Positions 1 to 28,613 are shown, counted from the first letter of the stretch. The stretch is 64,000 bases of DNA from Chrysomallon squamiferum (GCA_012295275.1 CM022669.1:4340001-4404000); one strand, 5' to 3'. Notes: generated from the sequence alone by a model not told the origin. Translations and numbers: made by a program.

Positions 1-53
1 CTGCAACCGATCACAAAAAGAAAAAAACACAAATATGAAAAATAGCAATTTAC

Positions 54-3000
54 CTCCTTCGTCGTTGATACATTTGCCCATTCCTTTTGATCAGAAGAAA
101 TCAAGTAGTTACAGACGTTTTCAAATTGACCTAGAGAACCCTTCTCTTTGGCGTTGATTTCCAAGGCATATTCTGGATTATTTGACACGTTTTTGTCTGG
201 CATTGTCACAGTGACAATGACATTTGCACTGTTTTGCTCAACTTTAACAAACCCTTCAAGATTGTGTACAACCTTCGAGTAATGTTTAAGAAAAACCTGA
301 AATGCCAGTTCTTTGATGCTTTTGAACTGAAACTTCTTCACTGCGCCATAGTCCATGATAACAATACCATTTTTGACGGAAGGCTGAGTCAAACCTGCTT
401 CTGCAGCTTTCAAATTGTAGCCGAATCCTATTGCTGGATTTGATGGGAAAGGATTTGTGTTTCTACCCACTGAATCACAATCGAGCCTGAAGTTACACAA
501 GCCGTTGTTGAATTGCATCTTATAAATACCTCGTACAGGGAAGCGAATGATAAATGTTTTTATTTTGTCTTCGTTGTTCTGTAAAACGTACAAGTCTGCG
601 GGAATATCTTTTGGCAGTTTCTCTTCTGACATTTTTTCGTCAAACAACAACCTGTACGATAGTAGACATTCTGAAAGCATCTTAAAGCTGATCTTCACTC
701 TGCCTTCTTTAGATTTCATCACTCCAACATTTTCACTTTTAAGTCTTATGCCAGAAGAGAAATAAGATTCTGAAAGCATCGGAACTCGAACAAAATCATC
801 TTCAGTCCAAGGCGATGGTAACAGCTGCCATTCTTTCTCGGAAGCCACACACATATAAATAAATTCATCTGGATCGGTGAGAAAGTAAAATTCATCACAA
901 TCATAAAAATACATGACTTCTGATTTTTCTTGCTTTTGACTGGTACCTGTCGCTTGATCCTCTATTAAAGTCCATTGACCATCGACTACTGCTGTGAACG
1001 CCCAGAAAGGGTGGACAATCCTCCAGGAGTGATCTACATACACAGCATTCCAGGCAGAGTTGCGGTCACTGAGGTCTGTGTCACCAACTTCAAACCCTGC
1101 ACCCTTGCTTTTGCCTCTGATTATAACACACGGAATGTTGGCTGCCCTGTGAGAGAAAACTGCTGATGAACATTCAGACACACAATAAGATGGAGTGTTA
1201 GACAAATGGATAGACGGACGGACAGACACATAGCGAGAAAGACAGACAGGTAGACAGACAGACAGTCGGATAGATAGACAGACAGAGATATATAAACAGA
1301 AACACACAGAGAGACTGACAGAGATGTACAGACAGACATATGTATAAAGAGATAAATAGACACACAGTTAGGCAGATTTACGGACATGCAGACAGAGAGA
1401 GACAGACAGACTGATAGATAGACAGACAGACAGACATGCAGATAGATTAACGGACAGACAGGCAGACAGAGACAGAGATACTGGTAAATAGTTAGAAAGA
1501 CAGAGAGACATGCAGACAAACAGACAGATGGACAGACAGATATAAACAGACACAGAGAGACTGAAAAAGAGACAGATAGACAGACAGACAGGGAGAAAGA
1601 CAGACTAATATATAGAGACATAGGCACACAGTTAGATAAACGGACATGCAGACAGAGAGATATAAACAGACTGACAGAGAGACATTCAGACAGACAGGGA
1701 GACAGACAGGCTAACATATAGAGTCATAGGCACACAGTTAGATAAACGGACATGCAGACAGACACACAAATAGGTAGAGAGACAGACAGACAGTTAGACA
1801 GATTATAAACATATTTTCAGTAACCGACTGTTTACCCAGTATTTACTTGCTTATTTTAATATTAGTAATTAAATTATATTTCTGTATGATTTAAACAATT
1901 ACGATGCAGTACATACCTGCAAAGGAGGGCAAAGAATGATGGGTACGACCCTCTACGATTTTGTATTAGTTTCATGTAGCCTCTGGGTGTGTTTGGGTCT
2001 TTGACGCCAGAATACGTCATGTTGTAGATTCTTTGATTTCCCAGCCAAACGAAAATAGATCTAACTTTCTGAAGATCTGTCTTCAAATCTGAGGTGAGAT
2101 AGTTTACGAGTGACGTGTAAGTGGAGGCGTCATCTTGCGAAGCCTACAATAATAATAACAATAATAATTATAAGAAAAACAGTAACTATTATTATCACCA
2201 CTAAAGTAGCAACACGATAAAAACGATAATAATGATAAAAGCAACATACATACGCAATCATAATATATAAGTAAAGACATACGCTCACTCACATACATAC
2301 ACAAAACATACATACATACGCACACATATAAATACATGCATTACATTACATCACCTATACAGACACAAAAAACATACGTGTACTATGTAGGCAAATCCAT
2401 ATCTTATAAAGAAGATTCTTACTTGCTTTGCTTTGATTTCGATATCTCGATAATCATCTATTTTGAAAATTTCTTTCTTTCTGGTTCCTGGCGGTTTTGG
2501 AGGTGGATAACCCGGCTCTGTGTCTGCCACAAAAATCTGTTGAAAAGAAAACTACACACTCACTTTCGTCAAAGATAAATATAACTGATGAAGTGCTTGT
2601 AAATCGGCTGCAGTAAGATGTCACTGATATAGTGTTTGTAAAACGTGATACGAAATGTCACTGATACAGTGTATGTAAGATATGTCATATGAAATACTGT
2701 TGATATAGCATATGTAACAAATGTCCCTGACGTAGACTATGTAAGATATGTCACATGAAATACTACTGATATAGCATATGTAAGAAATGTCTTTAACATA
2801 CACTATGTAAGATATGTCATATGAAATACTACTGATATAGCATATGTAATAAATGTCTCTGACATAGACTATGTAAGATATGTCACATGAAATACTACTG
2901 ATATAGCATATGTAAGAAATGTCTTTAACATACACTATGTAAGATATGTCATATGAAATACTACTGATATAGCATATGTAATAAATGTCTCTGACATAGA

Positions 3001-3312
3001 CTATGTAAGATATGTCATATGAAATACTACTGATATAGCATATGTGACAAATGTCGCTGAAATAGACTACGTAAGACATCTTATATGAAATGCTATTGAT
3101 ATAGTATAGGTAACAAAGGTCACTGATATAGTATATGACATTAAACAGCAACTTGAAAGTACATGATGTGCTATTAAACCACATGCTCGTATGTTTTAAC
3201 TAAAATGAAAATAATAATAATAACTATAGCATCAAACAATGCTACTTACTCCATTTGTATCCTGGGTGACTTCCTTTACAACAGAAGTAGACTTGCTTCC
3301 TCCACATCCCAT
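54..3312 (-). CDS. Hillarin/KY-like transglutaminase-domain protein, paralog A (5' part; exons 5-8 lie beyond the window start)
   Basis: Exons with GT-AG ends and consistent phase: e1 3312-3250 (MGCGGSKSTSVVKEVTQDTNG), e2 2536-2423 (IFVADTEPGYPPPKPP...KAKQ), e3 2143-1917 (ASQDDAST...SFFALLCR), e4 1146-54 (AANIPCVIIRGKSKG...NSAWNAVYVDHSWRIVHP...YFLTDPDEFIY...EWQLL...NYLISSD). Exon 4 translated by hand with no stop. Motifs match hillarin (RNSWNAV, YFLTDPxEFIY, EWQLL). Confidence 0.85.
1190..1800. repeat. Degenerate (GACA)n/(GATA)n tract in intron 3 of A; also B 10990-11470, D 24250-24645, G 50685-50880
   Basis: Direct reading. It is the source of the LSVC-rich spurious ORFs. Confidence 0.85.
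2640..3140. repeat. 66-bp intronic minisatellite in intron 1 of A; related arrays in intron 1 of B (12320-12830), C (20870-21520), D (25400-25660), E (33720-33920), G (50270-50660)
   Basis: ACTATGTAAGATATGTCA recurs at ~2736, 2802, 2868, 2934 and 3000. It explains the repetitive ORF 2621-3184. Confidence 0.85.
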
Positions 3313-3834
3313 TTTCTGTTAGACTAAAATATAATTATTAAAATATTCTAAATCAGAACGAGTATGGCCCTGGGTATCACCAATCTGCAGACTGAATTGT
3401 TCTATGTCTGTATATGTATGTTTAGGTTTATATGTATGCGTATGTGCATGTGTATGTATGTGTGTTTGTGTGTGTATGTATGTGTGTGTGTATATGTTAT
3501 GGGTGTATTTGTGTGACTGTGTGTGTGTGTGATCTTATTATAATACTGTATCAATATTGTTACTGTTGCTATTGATACTACTATGAAAGTTACTACAATT
3601 AAAATGGTGGTGTTTCTACTATGATTCGTATTACTAAATAATAAAATGTATAAATAATAATACAGAACAATGTATATAATCACTACTCAACAAATAATAA
3701 TAATACAAAAAATGCAATTACTACAACTGCTATTAAATTTAACGGTACCATTACCACTAACAACAATAATAGTTCAGATGATAATTAAAGCAAAAGTACT
3801 ACTACTATTAATAAGTACAATAACAGCAAGAGCA

Positions 3835-3835
<1 letters not shown>

Positions 3836-3911
<76 letters not shown>
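3836..3911. repeat. (AAT)n microsatellite in the putative 5'-UTR intron; also ~13530-13845, 22610-22865, 34640-34878, 52445-52755
   Basis: Direct reading. Confidence 0.9.
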
Positions 3912-3912
<1 letters not shown>

Positions 3913-4453
3913 TACTCAGACACAAACCTGAGTTTGCACTTAATATTTACCTGTAAACAGAACGCAACAGTAAGACAACTGTCTCCAAGTTTGTCCAAGT
4001 TTAAAATAAAATCTTTGTTAACCGTTATCCACCCGAACAATGTGTTTTCAGTCAGAGATAATTACGAATAGCTACGACCTCCTATTGTAGGAGACAAGTC
4101 TAATCAAGAAAGGTGGATTCCGAGGAAAACGTTATTAATTTTAATTGAATAGGTTACTTGGTCGAGTGCGTCCACATTATAGCTGAATATACATTACTCA
4201 AAGATCTAAAATAAAACTATTGTTCGGTAATAACATTTTACAGCATGTGTCAATAGATTTTCAATAACGTCGTTGTACGTACGTTTCAGTCGCTTGTGCA
4301 AAGATACGTATAAATAAAAAAGACGCGAACGAAGAGATAGAAATGGGTCTATATGCTTTCGATAAAACAAATATAAGACAGAGTCCATGATATTAAAATA
4401 ATTATGTTTAGCTTTCGTTAAGCCATTGTTTTCATCATTCAGTTATTAATTTC

Positions 4454-4560
4454 AAGTGGTATAGCGTGGGTGGTGCCAAATATACTCTTGTGGACTAGTG
4501 GAAGAGGTTCGGGGGTTCACTTGCGTTGCCCGGGGTCTTGCAGCCAACGCCACGCCTCTG
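4454..4560. mobile_element. Degenerate hAT-type MITE copy upstream of A
   Basis: Termini AAGTGGTATAGCGTGG...CAACGCCACGCCTCTG, preceded by TTAATTTC (degenerate TSD). Internally deleted. Confidence 0.55.
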
Positions 4561-4875
4561 TTAATCACATTTTAAAATGTGCGTATAATATATTATATGT
4601 TAATATGTTGACGATATTCGTATTTTATTAAAAAGTTACAGAACGAGAAAACAAAAGTAAAATGAAGACTAACGTTTGCTAATAATAAAGTAAAATTACA
4701 AAAAACAAAATTCTGTGAGGAAATACGGAAACGGATATTTTGCAATATATATTGATGCCTGAAAAAGTTCTCAGGTTGATTTAAGATCAGGCATTACTAT
4801 TATGATAAACATAATAACAGCCAAAAAAAAAAAAATAATAATAATAATAATAAAAAATAAATAATAATAAAAATA

Positions 4876-4928
<53 letters not shown>

Positions 4929-5977
4929 TTTATGATAAATTATTATTACTATTACAAATAAACAAGATTATATATCTTAGATATTTCTTCTACATAAGCA
5001 CCAACACAAACAAGGAATACGTGACCTGAATCAAGAGTACTTATTTCAATAAACAAAGCCTCAACGCACAGTGAAACAAACACAATGGACAGTTACTCAG
5101 TTTTGTAACTGATCTGGCTGAGAATAGCTGACAGGTGCACTCTGATTCTGTTCTTGGGGAAAGATACATATACATATACATATAAAAGTTCTCTTCTTTC
5201 TTCTTTAATAATAAAATTATATCATCTTGAAAAACATGAGGCAATGGAGCGCTTATTTTTTAAATTATTTACCCCAGCGCGCCTGTTCATAGCGTCTGAT
5301 CAGTTTCAAAATGATTTTAATGAAGTGTGATTAAAGGGACACAACTCAGTCTAATTCAGTTTTTTCTTCAGATGTCTTATTTCTCATAGTTCTAATGATG
5401 AAAAATACACATCATCTGCTGAGATATATTTAATGTTTTTAACCTTTTTAATAACAATAATAATAAATAAATTAATAAATAATAACAATTAAAAGAAGAC
5501 AAGGAAGAAAATGAAAATTGTTTATGATGTTTATTTTAGGAGTAACTTTCAATCACAGATCGCTTGTATCACAGTGAAAATATCAATAATAAACTTTCCT
5601 TTATATAATGATACAAACACACAAACAAGGTGACAACATACACACAAATATAAAATAACCGGATTTCAGCAACGAAGTGGCTAATTAGTAGAGTCTAGGT
5701 TCCATTAAACTACAAATTCAAAATGTCACTTTCTGCTGATTCAATATAAAAATATTTCAAAATTTTTGTTTTTCAATTTGTAGTAACCCCCAAAAAAAAA
5801 ACCCACACTTTATTATAATTTCTCAATATTAATCTATAATAGATCTCTCATAGTGATTAACACTGCTTTATGTTAGGTATTTTAAAGAACAATTATAAAT
5901 AGAGTTTAAAATTCCTTGGTACAGTACTTATTAAAGTATTTAATCGACAGTAATCTACGAATCTTTATCACAAAACA

Positions 5978-13162
<7,185 letters not shown>

Positions 13163-13546
13163 TTTCTGTCAGCCTAAAATATAATTATTAAAATATTCTA
13201 AATTAGAACGAGTATGGCCGTGGGTATCACCAGTCTGCAGACGTTGAGCTGTTTTATTTATGTATGTGTATGTTTATGCTTATGTATATGTGTATATTTA
13301 TGTGAATGTGTATGTGTATTTATGTGGGTTTCTCTCTCTGTGTGTGACCTTATTATAATACTGTGTCAGTATTGTTACTGTTGCTATTGCTACTACTATG
13401 ACAGTTACTACAGTTGAAACTGCGGTGTTACTAATATTACTACTGCTATTATTACAGATCCATTACTCCTATTGCTAAATAATACAATCAATAAATAATA
13501 ATACACAACAATGCATATCATCACTACTTATAATAATAATAATAAC

Positions 13547-13577
<31 letters not shown>

Positions 13578-13795
13578 GTAATAATAGTAATAATACAAAA
13601 ACTGCAATAACTACAACTAGTATTAATACTAACGCTACCATTACTACTAACAGCAATAATAACCCAAATTATAATTATAGTAAAAGTACTACCACTATTA
13701 ATAACAACAATAACAGCAACAGCAATAGCAACAGAAATATTAATAATAATAATAATATTAATAATAATAATAATTGTAACAGTAATAATAATAAC

Positions 13796-13847
<52 letters not shown>

Positions 13848-14412
13848 TACACAAACCTGAATTTACACTTAATATTTACAGCACGTAACTGTAAGACAAC
13901 TGTCTAGAAGTCTATTGAAGTTTGTCAAACTTTGAAATAAAATCGAGAAGCACCTCCTTGTTAACCGTCAACCACTTTGAATAATGTGTTTTCACTCAGA
14001 GATAATTACGAATAGCAACGACTTCCTGTTCTAGGAGGACAGGTCTTGTCAAGATAGGCTGATTCCGAGAAAATCGGTTATTAATTCTTTTGTGAAACAG
14101 ATCACGGGATCGAATATGTCCATTTGTTAGATAAAAGACAGCACTGAAGGATCTAAAATGCAACTGTTGTTGCTTTATAATCTTTAACAGCATTTGTCAA
14201 TAGATGTTTTGTGTTTCCGTCGCCTACGCAAACATATAAATACATTTTTAAAAATTAGCCGACAGAGTGATAGAACTGGCTCCATATGCTTTCATTAAAA
14301 CAAATATAATGAAATATAATATTTAAAAAAATAGGGATAGATTGCATGATATTAAAATAATTATGTTTAGCTGTCGTTAAGCCATTGTTTCCATCATTTA
14401 GTTACAAACTTC

Positions 14413-14564
14413 GAGGGGTGTAGCGTGGGTTACCCGGGCGCAGAGTTCCTGGGTAGTCTTGTACTCTTGTCGACTAGTAGAAGGAGGTTTGCTCATTCCC
14501 ACGGATTAGCGGGTGTAGTACACTTCCACTGACCCGGGGTCTTGCAACAAACGCCACGCCTCTA
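14413..14564. mobile_element. hAT-type MITE copy upstream of B
   Basis: GAGGGGTGTAGCGT...ACGCCACGCCTCTA imperfect TIRs, flanked by CAAACTTC / TTAACTTC. Confidence 0.65.
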
Positions 14565-14909
14565 TTAACTTCACATTTAAAAGTATAATAATCTACAGTG
14601 TGTGCATATATTAACAAGAAAATTGTTTATGGTGTTTATTTTAGGAGTAACTTTCAATCAGAGATCGCTTGTATCACAGTGAAAATATGTATAATGAACT
14701 TTTCTTTATATAATGATACAAATACACAAACAGAGTGGGAATATACACAAAAATAAAAAATAACAGGATTTTGTAACACAATGGCTATTTAGAAGAGTCT
14801 AGGTTCAGTTTAACTACACATTCAAAACATTTTCTCTGTTGTGGTTGAATTCGTCCAAAGATAAAGAATATAACTGTAGTCTTGTATTGATTCCATTCTC
14901 TGTCCAAAA

Positions 14910-22225
<7,316 letters not shown>

Positions 22226-22612
22226 TTTCTGTCAGCCTGAAATACAATTATTAAAATATTCTAAATTAGAACGAGTATGAACGTGGGCATCACCAGTCTG
22301 CAGATGATGAGTTGTTTTATGTATGTGTATGTTTATGTTTATGTGTCTCCGCATGTGTATGTGTATCTGTGTATATATATATATATATATATATGCATGT
22401 GTGTTTCTGTCTGTGTGTGTGACCTTATTATAATACTGTATCAATACTGTTAATGTTGGTATTGTTACTATTGTGAAAGTTACTACATTTAAAATTCCGA
22501 TGTTATTAATGTTACTACTGCTATTATTACAGATCAGTTACTTGTATTGCTAAAAATAAAATGTATAAATAATAATACACAACAATGCATATCATCACTA
22601 CCTCTAATAATC

Positions 22613-22643
<31 letters not shown>

Positions 22644-22875
22644 AAAAACTGCAGTTAATACAACTACTATTAATATTAACACTGCCATTACTACTAACAG
22701 TAGTAACAACCCAGATTATAATTATAGTAAAAGTACTGCCACTATTAATAACAACAATAACTGCAAAGCAATAGAAACAGCAATATTAGTAATAATAATA
22801 ATAATTTTAATTATAACAATAATAATAGTAATAGTAATAATTAAAACAATAATAACAATAATAATATGCACAAAC

Positions 22876-23400
22876 CTGAATTTACACTTAATATTTACAG
22901 CACGTAACTGTAAGACAACTGTCTAGAAGTGTATTGAAGTTTGTCAAACTTTGAAATAAAATCGAGAAGCAGCTCCTTGTTAACCATCAACCACTTGAAT
23001 AATGTGTTTTCACTCAGACTTTCAACGACTTCCTGTTCTATAGTCAAGATAGCCTGATTCCGAGAAAAACAGTCATTAATTCTTCTGTGAAGAAGATCAC
23101 GTGATCGAATATGCCCATTTGATACATAGCAGACAGCATTCATCGATCTAAAACGAAAATGTTGTTGCGTAATAATCGTTAACATCATTTGTCAATAGAT
23201 GTTTTGTGTTTCCGTCGCCTACGCAAAGATATAAATACATTCTTAAAAATTAGCCAACGGAGTGACGGAACTGGCTCCATATGCTTTCATTAAAACAAAC
23301 ATAATGAAATATAATATTTACAAAAAAAGGGTTAGATTGGATGATATTAAAATAATTATGTTTAGCTGTCGTTAAGCCATTGTTTCGATCATTCAGTTAC
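22876..23400 (-). promoter_or_regulatory. Conserved upstream block of C: putative promoter and non-coding first exon with palindromic E-box
   Basis: The block is conserved upstream of A, B, C, D, E, G and H and ends in a CAG|GTTTGT donor-like site (22876; B 13857; E 34888; H 52435; A 3928). An AG acceptor sits ~11 nt before the ATG. The GATCACGTGATC palindrome is at 23095-23106 (also 35138-35149 and 52204-52215). Function is inferred. Confidence 0.45.
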
Positions 23401-23407
23401 TAACTGC

Positions 23408-23543
23408 GAGGGGTGTAGCGTGGGTTACCCGGGCGCAGACATCCTGGGTAGTCTTGTACTCTTGTGGATTAGTCGAATATGTTCGCGGGTTGCTCATTCC
23501 CACGGGTTAGAGGGTGTAGTACACTTGCACTGCTTCGGGGTCA
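23408..23543. mobile_element. hAT-type MITE copy upstream of C (one end deleted)
   Basis: GAGGGGTGTAGCGTGG terminus and internal sequence match the other copies. The right TIR is lost in a deletion. Confidence 0.55.
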
Positions 23544-23653
23544 ATATACACACAAATATAAAATAACTGGATTTGTGCAACGAAGTGGCTAATTAGAAGA
23601 GTCTAGGTTCAGTTTACCTACACATTCAAAACATCACTTAATGCTGATTCAAT

Positions 23654-24358
23654 ATCTGCCTGCATATCTTTTGCCAGTTTCTCTTCCGACAGTTTTTCGT
23701 CAAACAACAATTTGTAAGTTAGTAGACGTTCTGATGGTATCTCAAAGCTTATCTTGACTCTGCCTTCTTTAGATTTGAGCACTTTTCAGTGTGAGACCAG
23801 AAGAAAAATAAGATTCTGAAAACATCGGAACTCGAACAAAATCAGCTTCAGTCCAAGGCGATGGTAACAGCTGCCATTCTTTCTTGGAAGCCAAACACAT
23901 ATAAATAAACTCATCGGGATCGGTGAGAAAGTAAAATTCATTACGATGATAAATGTGCTTTCCTTCTGATTTTTTTTTCCTTTTGCCTGGAACCTTTTCC
24001 TTAGTTTTCTATTAAAGTCCATCGACCCGTGTCGAGGCCTACTACTCCTGTGAATGCCCAGTAAGGGTGGACAATCCTCCATGACTGATCTGCATACACA
24101 GCATTCCAGGTAGAGTTGCGGTTATTGATGTCTGTGTCACCAACTTCAAACCCTGCACCCTTGCATTTGTCTCCGATTATAACACACGGAATGTTGGCTG
24201 CCCTGAGAGAGACAACTGCTGATGAACATTCAGACACAAAATAAGACAGACTGTTAGGCCAAGTGGATGGATGAATGGACGGACGGACGGACAGACAACG
24301 AGACAGACAGTCAGAGACAGACAGACAGGTTGACATACAGACAGATACATAGACAGAC

Positions 24359-24429
<71 letters not shown>

Positions 24430-24493
24430 GACATAGATAGAGAGACAGACAGACAGACAGAGGACAGACAGATATATAGGTAGACCTACAGAC

Positions 24494-24536
<43 letters not shown>

Positions 24537-25993
24537 CTGATTGACAGATATATAGACAGAGATACAAACATACAGAGAGATAGACAGAGAGATATATATA
24601 GATAGATAGACAGATGGACAGACAGACAGACAGACAGTTAGATAAATCAACGGACTTCCCCTTGTGATTATATAGTCAGTATCTGACTGTTTGCCCGTTT
24701 TGGGGGGAAATCAACACTTTCTGTTTCCTTATTTCTTCTAATATTAGTAATTAAATTATATTTATGTATGATTTAAAGAATTACAGTGTGTTCATACCTG
24801 CATGAGTGACGAGTAAGTGGAAGCGTCATCTTGCGAAGCCTACAATAATGTTATAAGAAAAACAGTATATTATTATCAGCATAAAAGTAGCAGCAACAAC
24901 AAAGACGATAATAATGATTAAAACAATTATACATGCATACACAATGCTAATATATAAAAATACACTCACTTATATACCTAGATACATTCATTCATACAAA
25001 CGTAGTACTTACATACATACATCCATCCATCCATACATACATACATACATACATACATACAAAAACATAAATTCGTACATACACACATATATTACCTTAC
25101 ATTAGTTCGGGCACCTAAAACACATTAGTACTTTTTAGTTAAAAAATCTTATAAACCAGATTCTTACTTTCTTTGCTTTGACTTCGATATCTTGATAATC
25201 CTCTATTTAGAAAATATCTTTCTTCCTGGTTGCTGGTGGTTTTGGCGGCGGATAGCCCGGATGTGTGTCTGCCACAACAATCAGTTGAAAAAAAACCAAC
25301 AGATTCCACAATTAGTCTGATTTAAACGTCACTTTCAACAAACCTTTGTATGACAAATATAACTAATGAACTGTTTGTAATCCGGCTGCTGTAAGATATC
25401 ACTGATATAGTGTATGTGAGATATGTCATATGAATACTGTTGAAATCGTGTTTGTAAGATACGTCATATGAAATACTGTTGATACAGCATATGTACTAAA
25501 TATCACTGATATAGTGTATGTAAGATATGTCATATGAAATACTGTGTATATATAATATCACTGGCATAGTTTATGTAAGATATGTCCTATGTAGTACTAT
25601 TGCTATAGCATATGTAATAAATGTCACTGATATAATGTATTCGTACTGTAAAATATCACCGGTATAATAAATACTGTGAGACATTACTAAAAATAAGATA
25701 ACTTTGTAATGACATCATTTTAAATGAAGAAGACGTCAGCATATGTGAATCCTCGTAACTTTTCAGTTTTATATATTACCTTCTGTATTATCAACAAAAA
25801 CTAAATAACAATGTGAAAGTATATTATGTGCTTTTAGACCGTTTGTTCGTCTGTTTTAGAATTAAAAAAATATAATAATAACGACTGCACCAAAACATGC
25901 TACTTACTGCACACCTATATCCGTGTCGACTTCGTCCACAATAGGGGTGACTTTGTTCACAACAGGGGTAGACTTGCTTGCTCCACATCCCAT
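23654..25993 (-). pseudogene. Paralog D, truncated pseudogene
   Basis: e1 25993-25908 is 86 nt (+2 frameshift). The e2 (25281-25168) acceptor is mutated CAG>CTG. e3 is cut from 227 to 42 nt (24839-24798). e4 from 24202 has TAA at 24003-24001 and is truncated at ~23654 by a deletion that removes exons 5-8. Confidence 0.88.
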
Positions 25994-26388
25994 TTTCTAT
26001 CACCAGTCTGCAGACGATGAATTGTTTTATATATGCATATGTATGTGTAAGTGTATGTTATATGTATGTGTATGTGTAAGTGTATGTTATATTGATGTGT
26101 ATGTGTAAGTGTATGTTATATGTATGTGTATGTGTAAGTGTATGTTATATATATGTGTTTGTGTATGTATATATACATCTATGTCTGTTTCTCTCTGTGT
26201 GTGTGTGACCTTATTATAATACTGTATCAATATTGTTACTGTTGCTATTTTTACTAATATGACGGTTACTACAGTTAAAAGCGCGATGTTACTAATATTA
26301 CTACTGCTATTATTACAGATCCATTATTCGTTTTGCTAAATAATCAAATGTATAAATAATACAAAACAATGCATATCATCACTACTTC

Positions 26389-26424
<36 letters not shown>

Positions 26425-26949
26425 TAATAATAATCATATACACAAACCTAAATTTATACTTAGTATTTACAGCACGTAACTGTAAGAGAATTGTCTCGAA
26501 GTGTATCGAAGTTTATCAAACTTTGAAATAAAATCGAGAAGCAGCTCCTTGTTAAGCATCAACCATTTGAATAATGTGTTTTCAGTCAGAGATAGGCTCA
26601 TTCCGATAAAACGGTTATTATTTTTTTGTGAAGTAGATCACGTGATTGAATATGTCAGTGTTATAGATTGTACACAGCATTAGAGGATTTAAAATGCAAC
26701 TGTTGTTGCATGATAATCTTTAACAGCATTTGTCAATAGATGTTCTGTGTTTCCGTCGCCTATATAAAGATATATATAAATTATTAAAAATTAGCATGAC
26801 GGAATGATAGAACTGGGTCTATATGCTTTACTCAAACAAATATAATGAAATATAATATTTAAAAAACAATAGGTTCCATTTCATCATATTAAACTAATTA
26901 TGTTTAGCTGTCGTTAAGCCATTGTTTCCATCGTTCAGTTATTAACTTC

Positions 26950-27093
26950 GAGGGCGGTAGAATGGGTGGTGCCACAAGGGCGGTTGGTCCGGGCGCAGAG
27001 TTCCTGGATACTCTTGTACTCTTGTGGACTAGTGGAAGAGGCTCTGGGGTTGCTGATTTCCACGGGTTAGGGGATGAAATACACTGGCCTCTG
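26950..27093. mobile_element. hAT-type MITE copy upstream of D
   Basis: Perfect 8-bp direct repeat TTAACTTC at 26942-26949 and 27094-27101 around GAGGGCGGTAG...GCCTCTG. Confidence 0.65.
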
Positions 27094-28613
27094 TTAACTT
27101 CACATTTAAAAGTAAATGACCGCGTATAATATTCTACAGGCTGTGCATATGTTAACATGTTGACAATATTCGTGTTTTATTAAAAAGTTACATAATGAGA
27201 AAACAAAGGTAAAATGAAGACTAACGTTTGCTAATAATAAAGTAAAATTATAAAACAAACATTCTGTGAGGAAATATGGAAGCTGATATTTTGCTATATA
27301 CTGATGCCTGAAAAAGTCCTCCGGTTGATTTAAAATCAGGCATCACTACTATGATTAACTCAGTTACAGCCAAAACAAATAAATAATTATAATTATAATT
27401 ATAATAACAATAACAATATGATAAATTATTATTACTATTACAAATAAACAAGGAAGTAAATAACGAAATATCAATATTATATATCTTAGATATTTCTTCT
27501 ACATAAGCACCAACACAAACAAGGAATACGTGACCTGAATTAAGTATATATATTTCAATAAACAAAGCCTCAACGCACAGTGAAACAAACACAATGGACA
27601 GTTACTCAGTGTTGTAACTGATCTGCCTGAGAATAGCTGACAGGTGCACTCTGATTCTGTTCTTGTGCCGCGCAAAGTTCTCTTCTTTTTTCTTTAATAA
27701 TAAAATTTATATCATCTTGAAAAACATGAGGCAATGGAGGGCTTGTTTTTTGAATTACGTATCCGAACAGGCCTGTTCATAGTGTCTGATCAGTTTTCAA
27801 TATGTTTTTAATGCAGTATGATTCAAGGGACATAACTCCGTCTGATTCAGTTTTTTCTTGACTTGTATTTTTCATAGTTCTAATGACGAACTATACACAT
27901 CTTCTACTGAGATATATTGTAATGTTTTTAACCTTTTTAATAATAATAAAAATAATAATAATAATAATAAATTAAATAATTAAAACATTAAAAAATTTAA
28001 CAATTAAAAGAAGATAAGTAGGAAAATGAAAATAGTTTATGATGTTTATTTTAGGAGTAACTTTCAATCACAGATCGCTTGTATCACAGTGAAAATATGT
28101 ATAATGAACTTTTCTTTATATAATGATACAAACACACAAACAATTTGACAATATACACACAAATATAAAATAACCGGATTTGATAAGTGGCTAATTAGAA
28201 GAGTCTAGGTTCAGTTTACCTACACATTCAAAACATCACTTTATGTTGATTCAGTATGAAGTTATTTCAAACTTTTTGTTTTTAATTTTCTAGTAATCCA
28301 AACAAAACAAAACAAAAAAACAACACTTTATAATAATTTCTCAATATTATTCTATAATAGGTCTATCACAGTGATGAACACTGCTTTATCTTCAGTATAT
28401 TAAAGTGTAATTATAAATAGTGTTTAAAATTCCTCGGTACAGTACTTATTAAAGTATTTAATCGACAGTAATCTACGAATCTTTATCACAAAACGTCAGT
28501 CAAACGTGACTAAATTTCCTACGTTTTTGTTAATTTTCTCTACTGTAGCTGAATTCGTCGAAAGACAAAGAATATAACTGTAGTCTTGTATTGATTCCAT
28601 TCTCTGTCCAAAA

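Noticed and set aside
234-1166. Recurrent opposite-strand ORFs (MINVFILSSLF..., MFKKNLK..., MACYS...) and ORF 21744-22280
   Set aside because: These are antisense shadows of exon 4 or exon 1. They recur only because the gene is duplicated.
2621-3184. 187-aa ICYISSISYDISY repeat protein
   Set aside because: It is the translation of the 66-bp intron-1 minisatellite and the frame is not conserved among paralogs.
27248-27592. MFVSLCVEALFIEI... ORF repeated in three spacers
   Set aside because: Non-ATG start, variable length and stops among copies, and it runs into an AAT microsatellite. Treated as non-coding.
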